From Pecten maximus (Eukaryota), in the NCBI RefSeq assembly GCF_902652985.1, contig NW_022979468.1, positions 1-64,000 on the forward strand: 64,000 bases of DNA. The letters are read 5' to 3'. Under the pieces are notes generated by a model. It had not been told where the DNA came from. It saw nothing but the letters and a program-made list of their open reading frames with translations, and did no database searches. A program made the position numbers and the translations under genes. Below, one piece after another: positions 27,690 to 40,476 of the stretch (position 1 is its first letter; every line of letters starts with the position of its first letter).

Positions 27690-30600
27690 GGTAAAACTTG
27701 TTCCGTAATTGTTTTGTGATAAATAAAGTTCTTATTTATTGATAACGGGCACATAAATGCTACAACTTTTTCGTCAGAAGCGACGTTGTACATACCTGTA
27801 CAATCAGCATATTATAATCTTTATATTTATATGATGTCATCATATTGTATCATGGGTAAAAAGCAATTTTACATTTTTCTAGTCATTTCTCTCTGGAAAC
27901 TAGACAACAGTTGTTAGAAATTCTACATTATCGTTTCGTATGTGTTAGATAAAAAATATGTATTTAATAATACATCAATTGTTCTTTGTCGTTAGGGTAA
28001 AAAATCTATATTCCCGTCATGCAATATGTATTAATTAGACAGAACCCATTGTCTGTGTCCGAGACGCACAAAAATGCTTAAGAATGGTTCACAAGACGAG
28101 AACACTTACGATGATATAAACAAGCGAGGAAACTTTCGTGTTTAAAGAAAGGTTGGATTATAAGTGATTTTTTTGTTGTTTTCATTGCAGCATCCAAGCT
28201 CATTTAGTAGATTTTGATATCAAACATACCGATAACAGTGATATCGGATGTAGCTTTTATTTCACGCATTTGTTCACAAAAGCTGACAGTGCATTGCAGG
28301 TCTGTAGTCCCAACAAGTCCTATTGTTACATATATACTTACAAATAAAATCAGTAAATGGAATGTTGGATCTGTGTTAGTTGTCGTCATAACTTCGTCGA
28401 TTAATTACTAGCATTCGAGAGGAACCAAAACAACTCAAATCAATTTTATAGTGCTAGAACAATCCGAACGCTGGAGGTATGTATTAAACTTGCCTACAAA
28501 AATAACAAAAACAGAGTAGAGTGTTATATTATTGATCATATGCAAATGCAGGTCCCTGTATTATTAATCTACCGTTAATGTGTGTGACAAGTATAGCAAT
28601 TTTATAATTCGAGAAACAAAGCTGATCCGGTACTTATAAAAGTATACAAGATATTTGATGTTATATCTTATATGCTGCCCCCTAGGAGATATATTATATA
28701 TCATATAAAATATACTTTTAGATGAGGTATCTGATCGAGTTTATGATATACCTGATTGTGAAAGTTGGAAGATATGTCTTTTATATAACTTTTGATATAT
28801 ATCTGTGCGAGATATCTGATATAACATATCGCATAATACAAATTAAATATGTTATATATTGTATTTATAAGATGTTTTAAAATGAACGAGATGTAATTTT
28901 GAGGTAGGAAACCATCCCCGCAATACTCGGAACTCGTCTCTTCAATTCTTCCATCTACTATTAAACCTTCAGAATTAACGCGTTAGAATGAACTTTTTGT
29001 TGTTAGTGTCTCGGAAATTTTGAAGAGATCTGATAAAATTTCGGTTCCTGGGTAGGAAGGTTTAAAAAAAGTGTTATGATTTTTTAAGACATGTGAAGTG
29101 GACACTAGGGTCATAAATTTTGCTAACAGTTCGATGTTTTTATTTCCAATTCCTATCTTGATATCACAAATGAAATATTAGGAAAACAGAAGGGATGCTA
29201 TGATTCAACAATTATCAAAAAACAAAACTTTAATTTCGCGGATTACGGACTATGAAATAACGATAGTTTATTGATGATGTGCGAATCCTCAAAATGCAAT
29301 ATTTTTGCCATATTGTATTTTTTAAGAAATGTGTTAAACTGAGAGCATATTTCCACGGAATAACAAATTGTTCAGATTGGATAATTCATATAGTATACTG
29401 TTATAGTACAGTTTTAAAATTAAGGTTTATTACCTATGCATTCATGGAATATCTGTAAAATCTATCCCACTCTGAAACTTCGTCGTGTTTTTTTGTTTTT
29501 GTTTTTTTGTTTGGTAGGTTTTTTCCGGGCCGCAGAAATTGCTGTTTTCTTGACGTTTAATATTGAAAGTGGGAACATAACGTATTGATCCATTTCCCCT
29601 GGAAATTGTGATATTTATTTCGGGGTTGTTTTCACCAGATCATTACTTTTTTCTTTGTGATATAATAAAGACTTCTTGGACTCGTGTTTCCCAAATGCAA
29701 GAGAGGGATTATCATTTCATAGGTCTTCGTAAACAATATTCCTGATTACTTCATGTTGAAAGGAGCTCGAGAAAAATTTGAGTTTTTCGTTTAGTTCCTC
29801 CTTTCTCCTATTGTGCGCCCGTAAAAATTAGCCATACCTATATGATCAACAATCATTTTAAACTATCCTTAATCTAGATCCGTGTTATACATGTACATTG
29901 TATGTGCCTGGATAGCTCCACAGTTTGCTCACAAGGGGAAGCATACACATATGGCGCAGTCCTTCAACTTATCTGTACTGTTCGGCAGATACAATTGAAC
30001 CACCACAATGCGACGCGTGCCAGGAGTGGAATGGATACTTATAATTCTATAAATAACAGACACCTCATTTTCTGAGGATCATGATTTGTATTCTATAAAT
30101 ATGAAGAGCCTTTTATATTCCTTACGGTAGATCTTGCTGGTACACATGTACAAGTACATTATATGTGTCATTCTCTTTGATTACAACAAATCAGTGCATT
30201 CACGATTTGATATGTTTTAATAGTGTACCAGGTACCAGAGAGATAAAAATCACGTAGTGGTAGAGAATTCTATAAATAACATACACATAATTTTCCGAAA
30301 ATCATAATTTGTATTCTATAAGCATATATAATCTTTTACGCTCCTCCCCTTGGACTGTCTGACAATTATACATTAGAGTCATATAATCAAACATATAACA
30401 CTTACATATAGTAAATTACTTCCAGAACGAAATACAAAATTCCATATATGAATTATTGATATTTACTTGTAACTGATTCTGTCGAGGTTTTTAACGGAAA
30501 TGAGAAGCAAAATCAATGGAATGGATATTAAGAACTCTATCACCTCTTCGTTATTGTTGTCATGTGACATACTTTTCAGAACCTCCTCTGTATTATCGAA

Positions 30601-33600
30601 TGTTTTTTATAACTGGAAGATTTCACATTATATACCTTCCTAGACAATTATCTGAAATGATAATCATTAATTCATGACCATTTTCTCAAAAAATGTTTTC
30701 ACTTGTGATTTTTGAATGAAATCTATGTTTAATGAGATTCTTTAAAGCATTTATCGCGTCACGTCGCTCTTGTCTCTGTTTGCATAAACAACTAGTCCCA
30801 CCACCTTCGACACACGATGTCTAAACGAGCCTTCAAAGATAAAAGAGTTACAATATTGTCCACAGCCATGTGATGGCTGTATGTGTATATTTTGTGTGAT
30901 AAGATGTTTATCGTATCATATTTGGAGGAAATAAAGATTTATTTATTTATTCATTCTTTATGGAAGGTGACACAAATCACACAATCAGTGCATGCGACAA
31001 TATATATATTTGTATGTTGTGATATTACTTTGATATATATTATATATATATCTACAGCGCATACACGTTACTTTATCGAAGAGTCACATTGCATTTGTTG
31101 GACAGACGGTGGTGTTTTTTTTAAATAAATCTAAATAATCTTAAAAAACAACTGTAGAGCGTTGTACCAAAGAACTCACGCTCAGAATTTCAGAAAACAA
31201 AATCAAACCCTTTTTTTCATGGTTTTTATTATTATTACAAGCTAACCGATAATAAGTATTTATATATTAAAGTATTTAAAATGTTAGATGTATATCCCCT
31301 AGGAGAAAACTGTTGTGTAACCTTAAGAATGAAAAAAGCAAAAGGACATAATTATTGATGTGATAAATATAATGCAATTGTACATGTATGTGCTGATCTG
31401 AAAAATCAGCAAATTCAACATGTCCAACACCATCAGTATGGAAAGTTTTAAAGAAACTCAAACATTCAACAAAAAAGGAAGTGGCAGAGCATGTCTATAT
31501 TTATTATAGCCATGCAAAATATTGACGTATTGCAAAACAAAAAGGAATTCTGCAAAACAACCAATTCTCAAAATTCACCGAAATATGACCATATTTTACC
31601 CAAAGGAAACCGGGAACATATAGAAATGAGAAGAAAAATATTTAACAGAAAGAAATATAAAGAACCTTTTAAGGGACTTAAACTAAAGAGATATGAAAAA
31701 AAAATCAGAAATATACAAATAAGAAAGTTGGAACCTTACTATATAAAAGTTATATCTGATTGATATGAATAAGTCCCCTATCCCCACAATGGAAAGTAAA
31801 ACAACCATAATTAAATCATGGAAACGGAAATGACTTTGTAAAGTTTCGAATCTTCTGTAACTTTAAGATTTCTTGAACTTGATGAAATTGAGAAATGAAG
31901 TCAATGATACTAAACAAAATAACGAACTTCATTTTTCGAACACTTCCAGATACATATGTATCATCAGATGTATATTAGTTATGAAGTGCAGAACAATGGG
32001 GGGAAAATGAACGATAAACTGCTAGAATAGCTAGAACTGTATAAGATATATATAGGAAAGAAAATAAAGGGACACAACTCTTCAAGTTAGTGGAAATTCA
32101 GCCCTGAATTTAATATGTGATGATTGCCTTTTGAGAATGTGTTCCTAAACCAAAGTCAAGAGAGCTTGTATGTGTCTAACTTCCGGTGTTTGGGCCAGAG
32201 AAAACTCTGGCTACTCATTCTCATCAAGGGTCTTTGACGTGTGAGAAGGTGAGATTGCCAGATCAAATAAGAAAATCTGATAATAAAGTATTGCAGTGTT
32301 TTTGGATGGATCCACCAATGTTAATACAATGTTTAACAAAATTGTTTTCGTATTATTAAAGCAAACTTATATATTTTCTGTAATTATTTTCATTACAGAT
32401 TTCAGAATTGAAGGAAATGCTTATGATTGAGTTGATCCAAGTGATATAACACAGTATTCTAAAAAATATGTGTATTAATTATAATTGTCACAGAAAAATG
32501 TCAACACACAATATGATGTGGAGTGCATTGGATGTTGAAAGCTTAATTCCTGCTCTGTAGTCAAGTTGTCAAGAATCATATCCTTTTACATACAATGTAT
32601 ATATATAATATATGTACATGTATTTGACTTTAATAGTTGTAGTGAGGATTTATAACAAAGAAAAAAAACTTCTACAGAGAATAGCGTGGAAATTGAGATG
32701 ATCTAAATTCAAAAATGTAGACAATACAATCTGGTGATTGGTGTAAAATTAGCTTAATTTTGCACCTTCATAATGTGTTAAATTTACAGTCCGTCAGAAC
32801 TGACAGAGAACAACATTCCATACATACATATGTTTTCTTCTGCTTTGACTGTTGTCATTCCCTGTTGTGTCCAGTATGTAACATCTCATCTTCAATAGCC
32901 AATGTTTTATTTCTAAAACCATATTTTCATGACTTAGCCTTGATAGGCCAAATAGAATAAAAACTTTGTTTCTACTAACCCGTCTTAACCTTAAAAAGAT
33001 TTCCCCCAAATCAGTTTTTTTTCCTAAATTGCAAATATTTGTTACCTTTGTGTAGTTGATTCCTGTTTAACTGTCAGTAATACAAATTTACAATGTATAT
33101 ATATGTAATTCAATTACACTTAAAATATAGATATCTCCAGGTTTTCAATCCATTGGTTATATCTGTTGCTTAAACAGTTCAATGAACTGTTACATTGTTT
33201 TATTTCAGATTTTCCTGTGTTGAATTGTTTCACTATTTCAAATTTTCCTGTGCTGAATTGTTTTTGCCAGGTTGTTTAAAAAAAATCCTACCCACCAATT
33301 AACTGGTACCCTCTTTTCCATTTACCTGTTCGTAGAAACAAACAAGCTTTCCAATTAGTGTGTGTCTTTTTTAAGACTATCTAATGAAATTGTGTATTAC
33401 ACATGGGTACACCATGGGCTCAAAGTTCATGGCAAGTCCCTGGAAGTGTAAATAGTAATGACAGCACATAGTACTGAGGTGATTTGTGCAATATGTCAGA
33501 TTTTTTGCTGAAATTATTCAGGAAAAATTTTCTGTATTTATATCAATTGGGAAAGATAAAATTGACTATATTCTTAATGTAAATGGCAACAAAGGAAAAG

Positions 33601-33950
33601 ACTAGGTGGCCAGTGCTGAAACAATCATAAGTTTCAAAGTTTTTTTACAGTAAAAAGTTACACTATTATGTGGCGGATGAGGGGGATTAAATGCAAGGCG
33701 ATAAATCTGCCAGGGTTGAATAAAAAATAATCAACGTTTGGTTAGAAAAGACGGTTAGATACAGAGGTTCGATAATAAACTGCAATGTGTCTTTTCTTTT
33801 CTTTTGCTGGGTGTCTTCAGCAATTTAGGTTCGCTTTAGTGAGTTAACCTTAAAGTTGGCATCAGATCCACAGTTCCAAACTACCAAAAGGAGACAAACA
33901 TGAACACTGCAGACTCCCAAAAACATGTATTAATAACCAGACATTTATTT

Positions 33951-34051
33951 TGACTCAGTGGTAGAGTGTCTGTCTACTCTAGAGTTCAGAGGGCCCCGGG
34001 TTTGAACCCTATTCTGGCTGCTACATTTTCTCCTTCTCCTAGCCTGTAACA
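33951..34051 (+). mobile_element. tRNA-derived SINE or tRNA-like repeat (degenerate)
   Basis: A-box TGACTCAGTGGTAGAG and B-box GGTTTGAACCC, followed by a CTACATTTTCTCC...CCTGTAACA tail. It does not fold into a complete cloverleaf. Confidence 0.7.
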
Positions 34052-34286
34052 GTAACTTCAATCCGTGCGTATAGTGGAGGCATTGAAATAAATTTAATTG
34101 ATCTTGTAATACAAAATAACTTTTTCCAATAGAGCTATGTGTTATCCACCCCAACCCCTGTGCTCAGTGCCTTAAGCAATGTCAGCCGGGGCACAGGGTC
34201 TCGTCACAATCTTTTCGTTTTGTAAACACTTGAAGCATTTTAATATATATCTCTGTTTACCCTATGAATCATGATTAGCCTGAGAC

Positions 34287-34369
34287 ACACTTGATATGTC
34301 TCTTTAACCTATAATAACTCATAACCTGCGGCAGCGAGATTATGAGTCGTATGGTAAACAGACAAGTGT
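34287..34369. repeat. Imperfect palindrome (hairpin)
   Basis: Nested arms ACACTTG/CAAGTGT, TGTCT..TTA.C/G.TAAACAGACA and ACTCATAA/TTATGAGT around a GC-rich loop. Confidence 0.7.
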
Positions 34370-34675
34370 TCAAAACGTAAATGTAGTTACGTGGCCCTTT
34401 GGTCGGGGTAGTTAATTATATAAATATTCCAAACCAGACCAGTCAATTAAAAAAAGTAATTACACTGTACTGTACAGAACTACAAATATTCCCACATAGA
34501 ACAATATCGCGGACAAGCATTTATATAGACAATGGTTGTGAAGATGAAGTATTTAAATGACCATGTGCGTAAACTGTAAAACGAAAGTAGGTCTAGCTCA
34601 GCAAGCGGACACTGCTATTTCGCAATGACTGTTCGTTTTATTTGATACGATAGCTATGAATTAAATAAGTGTTAC

Positions 34676-34789
34676 CTTTCGTTGTATTCTAGCACATTGA
34701 TGTCTCAACAAATACGGAAAAAATCCAGTCATATTCGCTAATCTTCTGTTTTTATTATCGTCAAGTTTCTGTCGTTTACAGGTGAACAT
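34676..34789 (-). CDS. Candidate first coding exon inside the 4.1-kb element (MFTCKRQKLDDNKNRRLANMTGFFPYLLRHQCARIQRK)
   Basis: 38 open codons from ATG to an AAG|GTAAC donor in phase 0. No convincing downstream exon was found. Confidence 0.25.
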
Positions 34790-34791
34790 AT

Positions 34792-34852
34792 CTTCCGGGT
34801 CACGTTCTGAAAGCACGCGCTTCCGGTTACGTCATCAAATTCATTTCCCGCG
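34792..34852 (-). promoter_or_regulatory. Compact promoter-like motif cluster (2x ETS CCGGAAG, CRE-like TGACGTAA, E2F-like TTTCCCGCG)
   Basis: The motifs sit within 60 bp of a CpG-rich patch, directly upstream of a minus-strand ATG at 34789. Confidence 0.4.
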
Positions 34853-36429
34853 AATATATTGGGGAATCTAATTTTCCCTTTAAAATGAAATGAAATGAAA
34901 GAAATAAAGATTATCTAAATAAAAGAAAAGTTATCAGTATTGAGTAGAAAATTAAATTCCCTTTGTAAATAATTATTTCAATTCGCTTACCTAAATCATA
35001 ACTAATCAAAATTAAAATGATTTAAAATTTACTTTTCGTTTCTTTGATAATCCTAAAATTTATGATCACAATATAATTTAGAAGCTTTGCAGTGCTTACT
35101 GTTTCAAACGCACAGATGTTTTGATCTGAGCAAAGATGGCGACCCGAAGCTGTGAGGCGGTTTGGATTGGAATTAAATTGCGTATATTTCGGCAAGTAAA
35201 CATCGTACAATGTTCCCATGTGGTCAGATCATCTAGTTTTTTCAATACGCATTCAGAACAGTTGTTGTTTAGTCGCTACGGTTATTAACATAAAAATTCG
35301 GATTATTATATAAATACTTATTTAATTATTATTTCTTTAGCAGAAGTAGCGAGGATACTGAGAGGAGCCAACACAATATTTCAATAACATTGTTCAATCC
35401 ATCACACCCTAATGTATTATGTAACGTTAATACGTTACCTATATTAAGCCTTATAGATTGCTTGATTACAGAAATTACATAAAAGACAGTGAGATTCCAT
35501 GTGTTAGATAAAAAGCCCACATCTAGTCATTGAATTGTAAATATGTATGTAACAATACATCAATTGTTCTTTGTCATTGGAGTTTTAAAATCTATATTCA
35601 AGTCATGTAATATATATTAATTAGACAGAACCCATTGTATGTTCCAGAGTTGTGCAAAAATGCACATGAATTGTTCATTTTAAAGTGACATATACAGTTA
35701 TATAAAACGACAAAGGAACTTTTTTTTGCTTTAAATAAGGTTCAATTTAATTGATATTTGTGTTTTCGTTGTAACACCCAGCTTATTTAGTGGATTTGAA
35801 TATGACACTCATCGATAACGGTAATATCGGATAGAGATTTTATTTTACGTATTGTTCTCAAAAAGCTGACAAGGCATCGCAGGTCTGTAGTCAGAACAAG
35901 TCCTATTGTTACATAAATACAAACAATAAAGTCAGTAACTGAAATGTTGAATCTGTTTGAGATTTAACCTTATTTCAAAACTTCGTAACACTGGTTATCC
36001 AAACGAACCAATATAACAAAAAGTTTATAGTGCTAACATAATCCGAAAGCTGAAATTTTACTACAAAAGTAACAAAAACATGGATGTCACTGTATTTTCA
36101 ATCTTCCGTTAAATGTCTGTTATTCATATGGATCAAGTATAGCCATTTTGAAGCTGTGGCAAGCCTATTTGTCATTTATTCAAGACGCAATGCTGATCAG
36201 GTACTGAACAAGTATATGTTTCTATTAATCAAATATCTTATATATCATATTATATTATATATGTTTTAAAATCAACCATTCATAGTTCGATGTTTTAACA
36301 AAGGGAAGCTAGGAATAAAAAAAATATAAAAACAAAACAATTATTGATATCACGGATTAAGAATTATGAAATAACATTAGACACACAAATATTCAACTAA
36401 ATTACGCTGTACTCACATGAAATTATTAA

Positions 36430-36900
36430 TGGATACGGTATTTGCGGAATTAAAAGGATCATATATAGTTGTGTCGTCTTACTTGTGCCTTGTGTGTTAA
36501 TCCAGAAAAGAAATCCGGTTTCTGTCACTTTAAAAATACATTTGTTAGTGGATGAAAGTCTGCAAAATTCAAATCTGAGGCGTATTTATACAAGACAACT
36601 AATGTTAAGAATGTCAGATTGTATTCACACGCCGGCAAAAGTACTTCGCTGGTCAGAACAGGAACATACCACCAATAGTCTTCATTGCAAAATGAAGTTA
36701 TCGGAGTTTATTAGTTGCATTGAGGCGGATCGAAATGAAAATGTAGATGTCTCTTAAAAGGTCCTTTCTGCGGCAAATCAATGTTAAGGCTACTATTTTG
36801 CAGGATGATACTTTAAGATCAGCTGCATATCGTATCATGTATAAAAACAGCCGATTTTGTGTGAGCTCGTGGAAAATTTAGGGGTCAAAGATGGAGGGTG
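36430..36900 (+). pseudogene. Decayed + strand ORF relic, partly paralogous (inverted) to the minus-strand relic at the start of each unit
   Basis: The 90-codon ORF 36485-36757 is also largely open in the copies at 9221 and 21590. Its continuation 36760-36841 aligns at ~80% with the reverse complement of 406-487. Confidence 0.4.
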
Positions 36901-39483
36901 TAAAATGAACATTATTTGTTGAAGTTCTTACAAACTAAGTATTGTAGTATAATTATAATTTTTGTACTTTATATTAGATAACTAGCAAATTCTAAGAATT
37001 CAGTTAAAAACAACAAAAACAGTAAATAAATGATGAAGTAGGTCATTGTCACATTATTTCTGAAGGGTCTGTTTTGATATCAAATGGTTAGTTAGAAAAA
37101 TACTAAAAACTTCAATTTACGAACCTCACAACATATTCATAACAATGATCACGAATTCATGGAGATCATAATCTATAGTTAGCAAGTTACTGATCCCGCA
37201 GTGTTCTTGTGGAAATTTTAATGGGGCACAAAAGGCGACAAATAGTGGACTTTCAGCTCTAATAGTATTCTTCCAAACAACACTTGTCTGATTTTAATCT
37301 AACATAGAAGCAATGATCCCTGGTGAGTGGGGAGCAGAGTTCATAATCCGCTCAGGATTCGGTGGGGCCTCAAAGTGGGGGTAACATGGGGCTATTTCAA
37401 CTTTCATCAACTTCTTAACTTCTTAAACATAATACAATATTCAGCTATCTTACTGTAAATTATTAGCCTTATCACTGATTTGCCACAGAATGGCCTAAAT
37501 TGGCACCCCCCTTCCATTTAATAGATAAGAAATTAATAGCCAAAATTGATATTTAACATGGCAGATATTGTAGTTTTGTTTGTTTTCTCCATCCCAGATT
37601 TTAATATTCAAAATTTATTTCTATGTCACCCTCTCCCATGATTATTCTCAGTGAAAATTCCCTATTGATTTCAAAAGGGATTCAATTTTAAATCATGTTA
37701 ACTTCATTATCTAGCAAACGTTTTGGATGGCTTTAGATATTGTAGTAAATTCAGAACGTCAATGAAAATTGTATAAGAATTTTTGAGTCAATTTGGAAAA
37801 TTTTGAAATCAACTAGCGGAAATTATCATCTACATGTAAATACTATACCAAAAAATGAGACGGGCATATTACATTGATATACACAGGCTATATCATCTAT
37901 ATGATATTTATTATAAAATATATCATAAAATCAACGTGAAATAACATCGATTAAGATGAGTATGTTATACCACTATTTTCACTATGAATATAAGTTATAA
38001 TTATGTTATATTATGTTACGCATTGTTATCGAGAACTAACGCACATAATCAGCACTAAAATTAGAAGGCTGACTAAGTCTTCCTCAAGAACCTATGTATG
38101 TTGTAAACAGTCTATATCTGATATCCACTTCATGCCAAAATATTACAAATCGGCTGATAACATCACAAAGCTCATTGTGTAGGTATAGACATTTAATATG
38201 AATATGAAACGGAATGCATTTCATATTTGAAATATATTAGGAAGAACCAACTTATATATGTAAATATCGAGAGAGCCTTTTATATTCCATGCCGTACATC
38301 TGGCTGGAACAGTGTCAGTTTCCGGTAAAAAAAGAAATAAGAAGTCTATTACCTCTTCGTCGATGATACGCGACCTACTCCTCCGAACCCCCTCTGTTTC
38401 ATCGGATGTGTTTTTATAAATGGAAGATTTTATTCTATTGCCATTTTAGCAAAGTCCCGGCATCGATGTAAATCAAAACCATCCCTTTCATTTAAAAATG
38501 TTTTCGGTTTGGATTTTAGCATGAAATCTATCCTAAATGACTTTTTTATATATTTATTAGCTCACCTGGTCCAAAGGACATTGAGCAGTTCACGTACTTT
38601 CTATCGTTATATTTTAGTATTTCAGTCTCCATGTTAACTTGTATGTTTCTCAAGCATGGTGTTTTGTTATATTTGGATCTGTTGGGCCGGTAGGACAATA
38701 ATTGTTCGTTTTTTGAAATAAGGAGGACCTGGTGATTTTAAATTGTTTTCAGACGAGCCTCGACAGAGATATGCAAGACCTTCTAATGACTTACACGGAC
38801 TTGGCATAATTTATGTATATTTCATAATTTTGGACATATATTATTTTTCAACAATTGCCGACCACGTATTAATCACTTTTGTTGGCGCGATTAGCCTTTT
38901 TGTTATGATTTTGATATTTTCCTTCACCTTTCTACATCATATAAAGAAATGAAACATATCCCGAGCAGAAGGCAAACCGACACGCCTAATTGTTGTCAAC
39001 AATGCTGAAGCATATTTCGTTTAGATAAGCTGGCTGCCCATATACAGGCAGTCGACAACACTTTACTGAATTAAACAGAATTTGGCTGGAGACTCTAAAC
39101 GCTCGACCTTACATGCATGATTGTGAACAGCAACAAACATTTAGTGTGGTAAAACACCCATAACCTAGATCGTTGCCTTTACATCGCAAAATAGGAAAAT
39201 TACTGGAACTGACAATAATATTCATATTGAAACAGATAAGTACACAGAACACCGCTTCGTATTTAACTCATGCGCAACAGGCTCTTGATGCTTTACTTAC
39301 CACCGGGTTCGCATCGACTCGAAATTGGATAAAATTCGAAATTCGAGATAAGGTTCGAATTGTTCATAATAGTAAATGTTTTGTTCTATATATATTTTTT
39401 TAAATTTTACTACACGTTTATCAATATATAATGAAAAAAGCAAGTACGAAAAAGAATGTATGTGTGATATACATCTGTAGTAG

Positions 39484-40476
39484 TGTAATAAGTAAAATTG
39501 ATTAATATATAAGCTGCCTGACCCTGCCTGTCATTAGTACAACACATAATACGTAGTCACTCTTACGACATAAGCAATTACACCTAGTACATACAAATCA
39601 CCTGGCAAAGTGTCTAATGGACTGTGTTAACAAAATCAATTGATATTATGCTATCTGCACACTTCCATATGTCATAATATGTATCCTTTTTCTAGTTATT
39701 TAGGAACTTAATGTATAGTTCCCCTATTTACAAACACAATACAAAACATTGATTCCTATTAGCTTTGTATATCACAACTGAGTTTGTATTTGTTGTTGTT
39801 TTTTATATTGTTTTACAACATTTTATATCGTTTATTTCAACTCAAGGCATTAAAAAAATACAAGTTTTACTGTACGGCAATTTTTTACATATATTAGGAG
39901 GAAATTTAAATCTGCAAAATTGTAAATTGTGACCCCTTATTTAAATGCGACCTGTCCACAACCAACTAACACCACTGATGTCCACCTGGCAATGGCACGA
40001 CTCATCATTCCACCAACATACTAGAACTGAAAATCATCATGCCGCCTCTGGAGATCACTGAAGAGTCAGTTTGAACTTTTAATATGGTAAAAGTATCTAC
40101 CTACGTAACCGATGTCTTTGTTTGATATCATCGTGTCAATATCCGTAGAAAAGAAGACATCACGTGGTTCAATACGGAGTTATTGTAATTTCATTCTACT
40201 TCTACTGTGAATCGACATGTTCGTCATTTACGTTTTCATCGTTTTGAAGAAGCTTTATCTCAAATGATTTTGAATTTGAATTCACATGTTGATGTGTTAT
40301 TTTCGATCATTTCAAGTAAATTAAATTATGATATTATTTTATGATGTTAACATCATATGCAAGATAGATTTGATAAGTTTTAAATCAGTCTAATTATACT
40401 ACTCATTGCGAAGCGTTATATACCCATATTATATTGTAATAAGTGAAATTGATTAATATATAAGCTGCCTGACCCT
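39484..40476 (+). repeat. 42-bp direct repeat pair (39484-39525, 40435-40476) containing TATATAAG
   Basis: TGTAATAAGT(A/G)AAATTGATTAATATATAAGCTGCCTGACCCT occurs twice with 1 mismatch. Confidence 0.85.

Larger units (their letters stand above)
31237..35323. mobile_element. 4.1-kb insertion with asymmetric terminal inverted repeats in an (ATT)n tract; Crypton-like or Helentron-like non-autonomous element
   Basis: Interrupts GGTTTTTATTATTAT|TTCTTAAGCAGAAG, which is intact at 16906-16934. The IR AATAAGTATTTATATA lies 14 bp inside the left end (31251-31266) and TATATAAATACTTATT at the right end (35307-35322). No clear TSD. Confidence 0.8.
1..38580. repeat. Tandem segmental-duplication array, about 3.2 units (25-9717, 9718-22086, 22087-37029, partial 37030-~38580)
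   Basis: The anchor ATGATGAAGTAGG...GTCACATTATTTCTGAAGGGTCTG recurs at 25, 9718, 22087 and 37030. Downstream blocks recur collinearly, and duplicated ORF-track entries are offset by 12368-12369 bp. Unit lengths differ through identifiable insertions and deletions. Confidence 0.95.

Noticed and set aside
32100-32335. hAT-like motif SIAVFLDGSTNV
   Set aside because: A single short motif surrounded by stops, with no other hAT blocks seen.
33951-34051. Functional tRNA gene
   Set aside because: The acceptor and anticodon stems are disrupted and a SINE-like tail follows.
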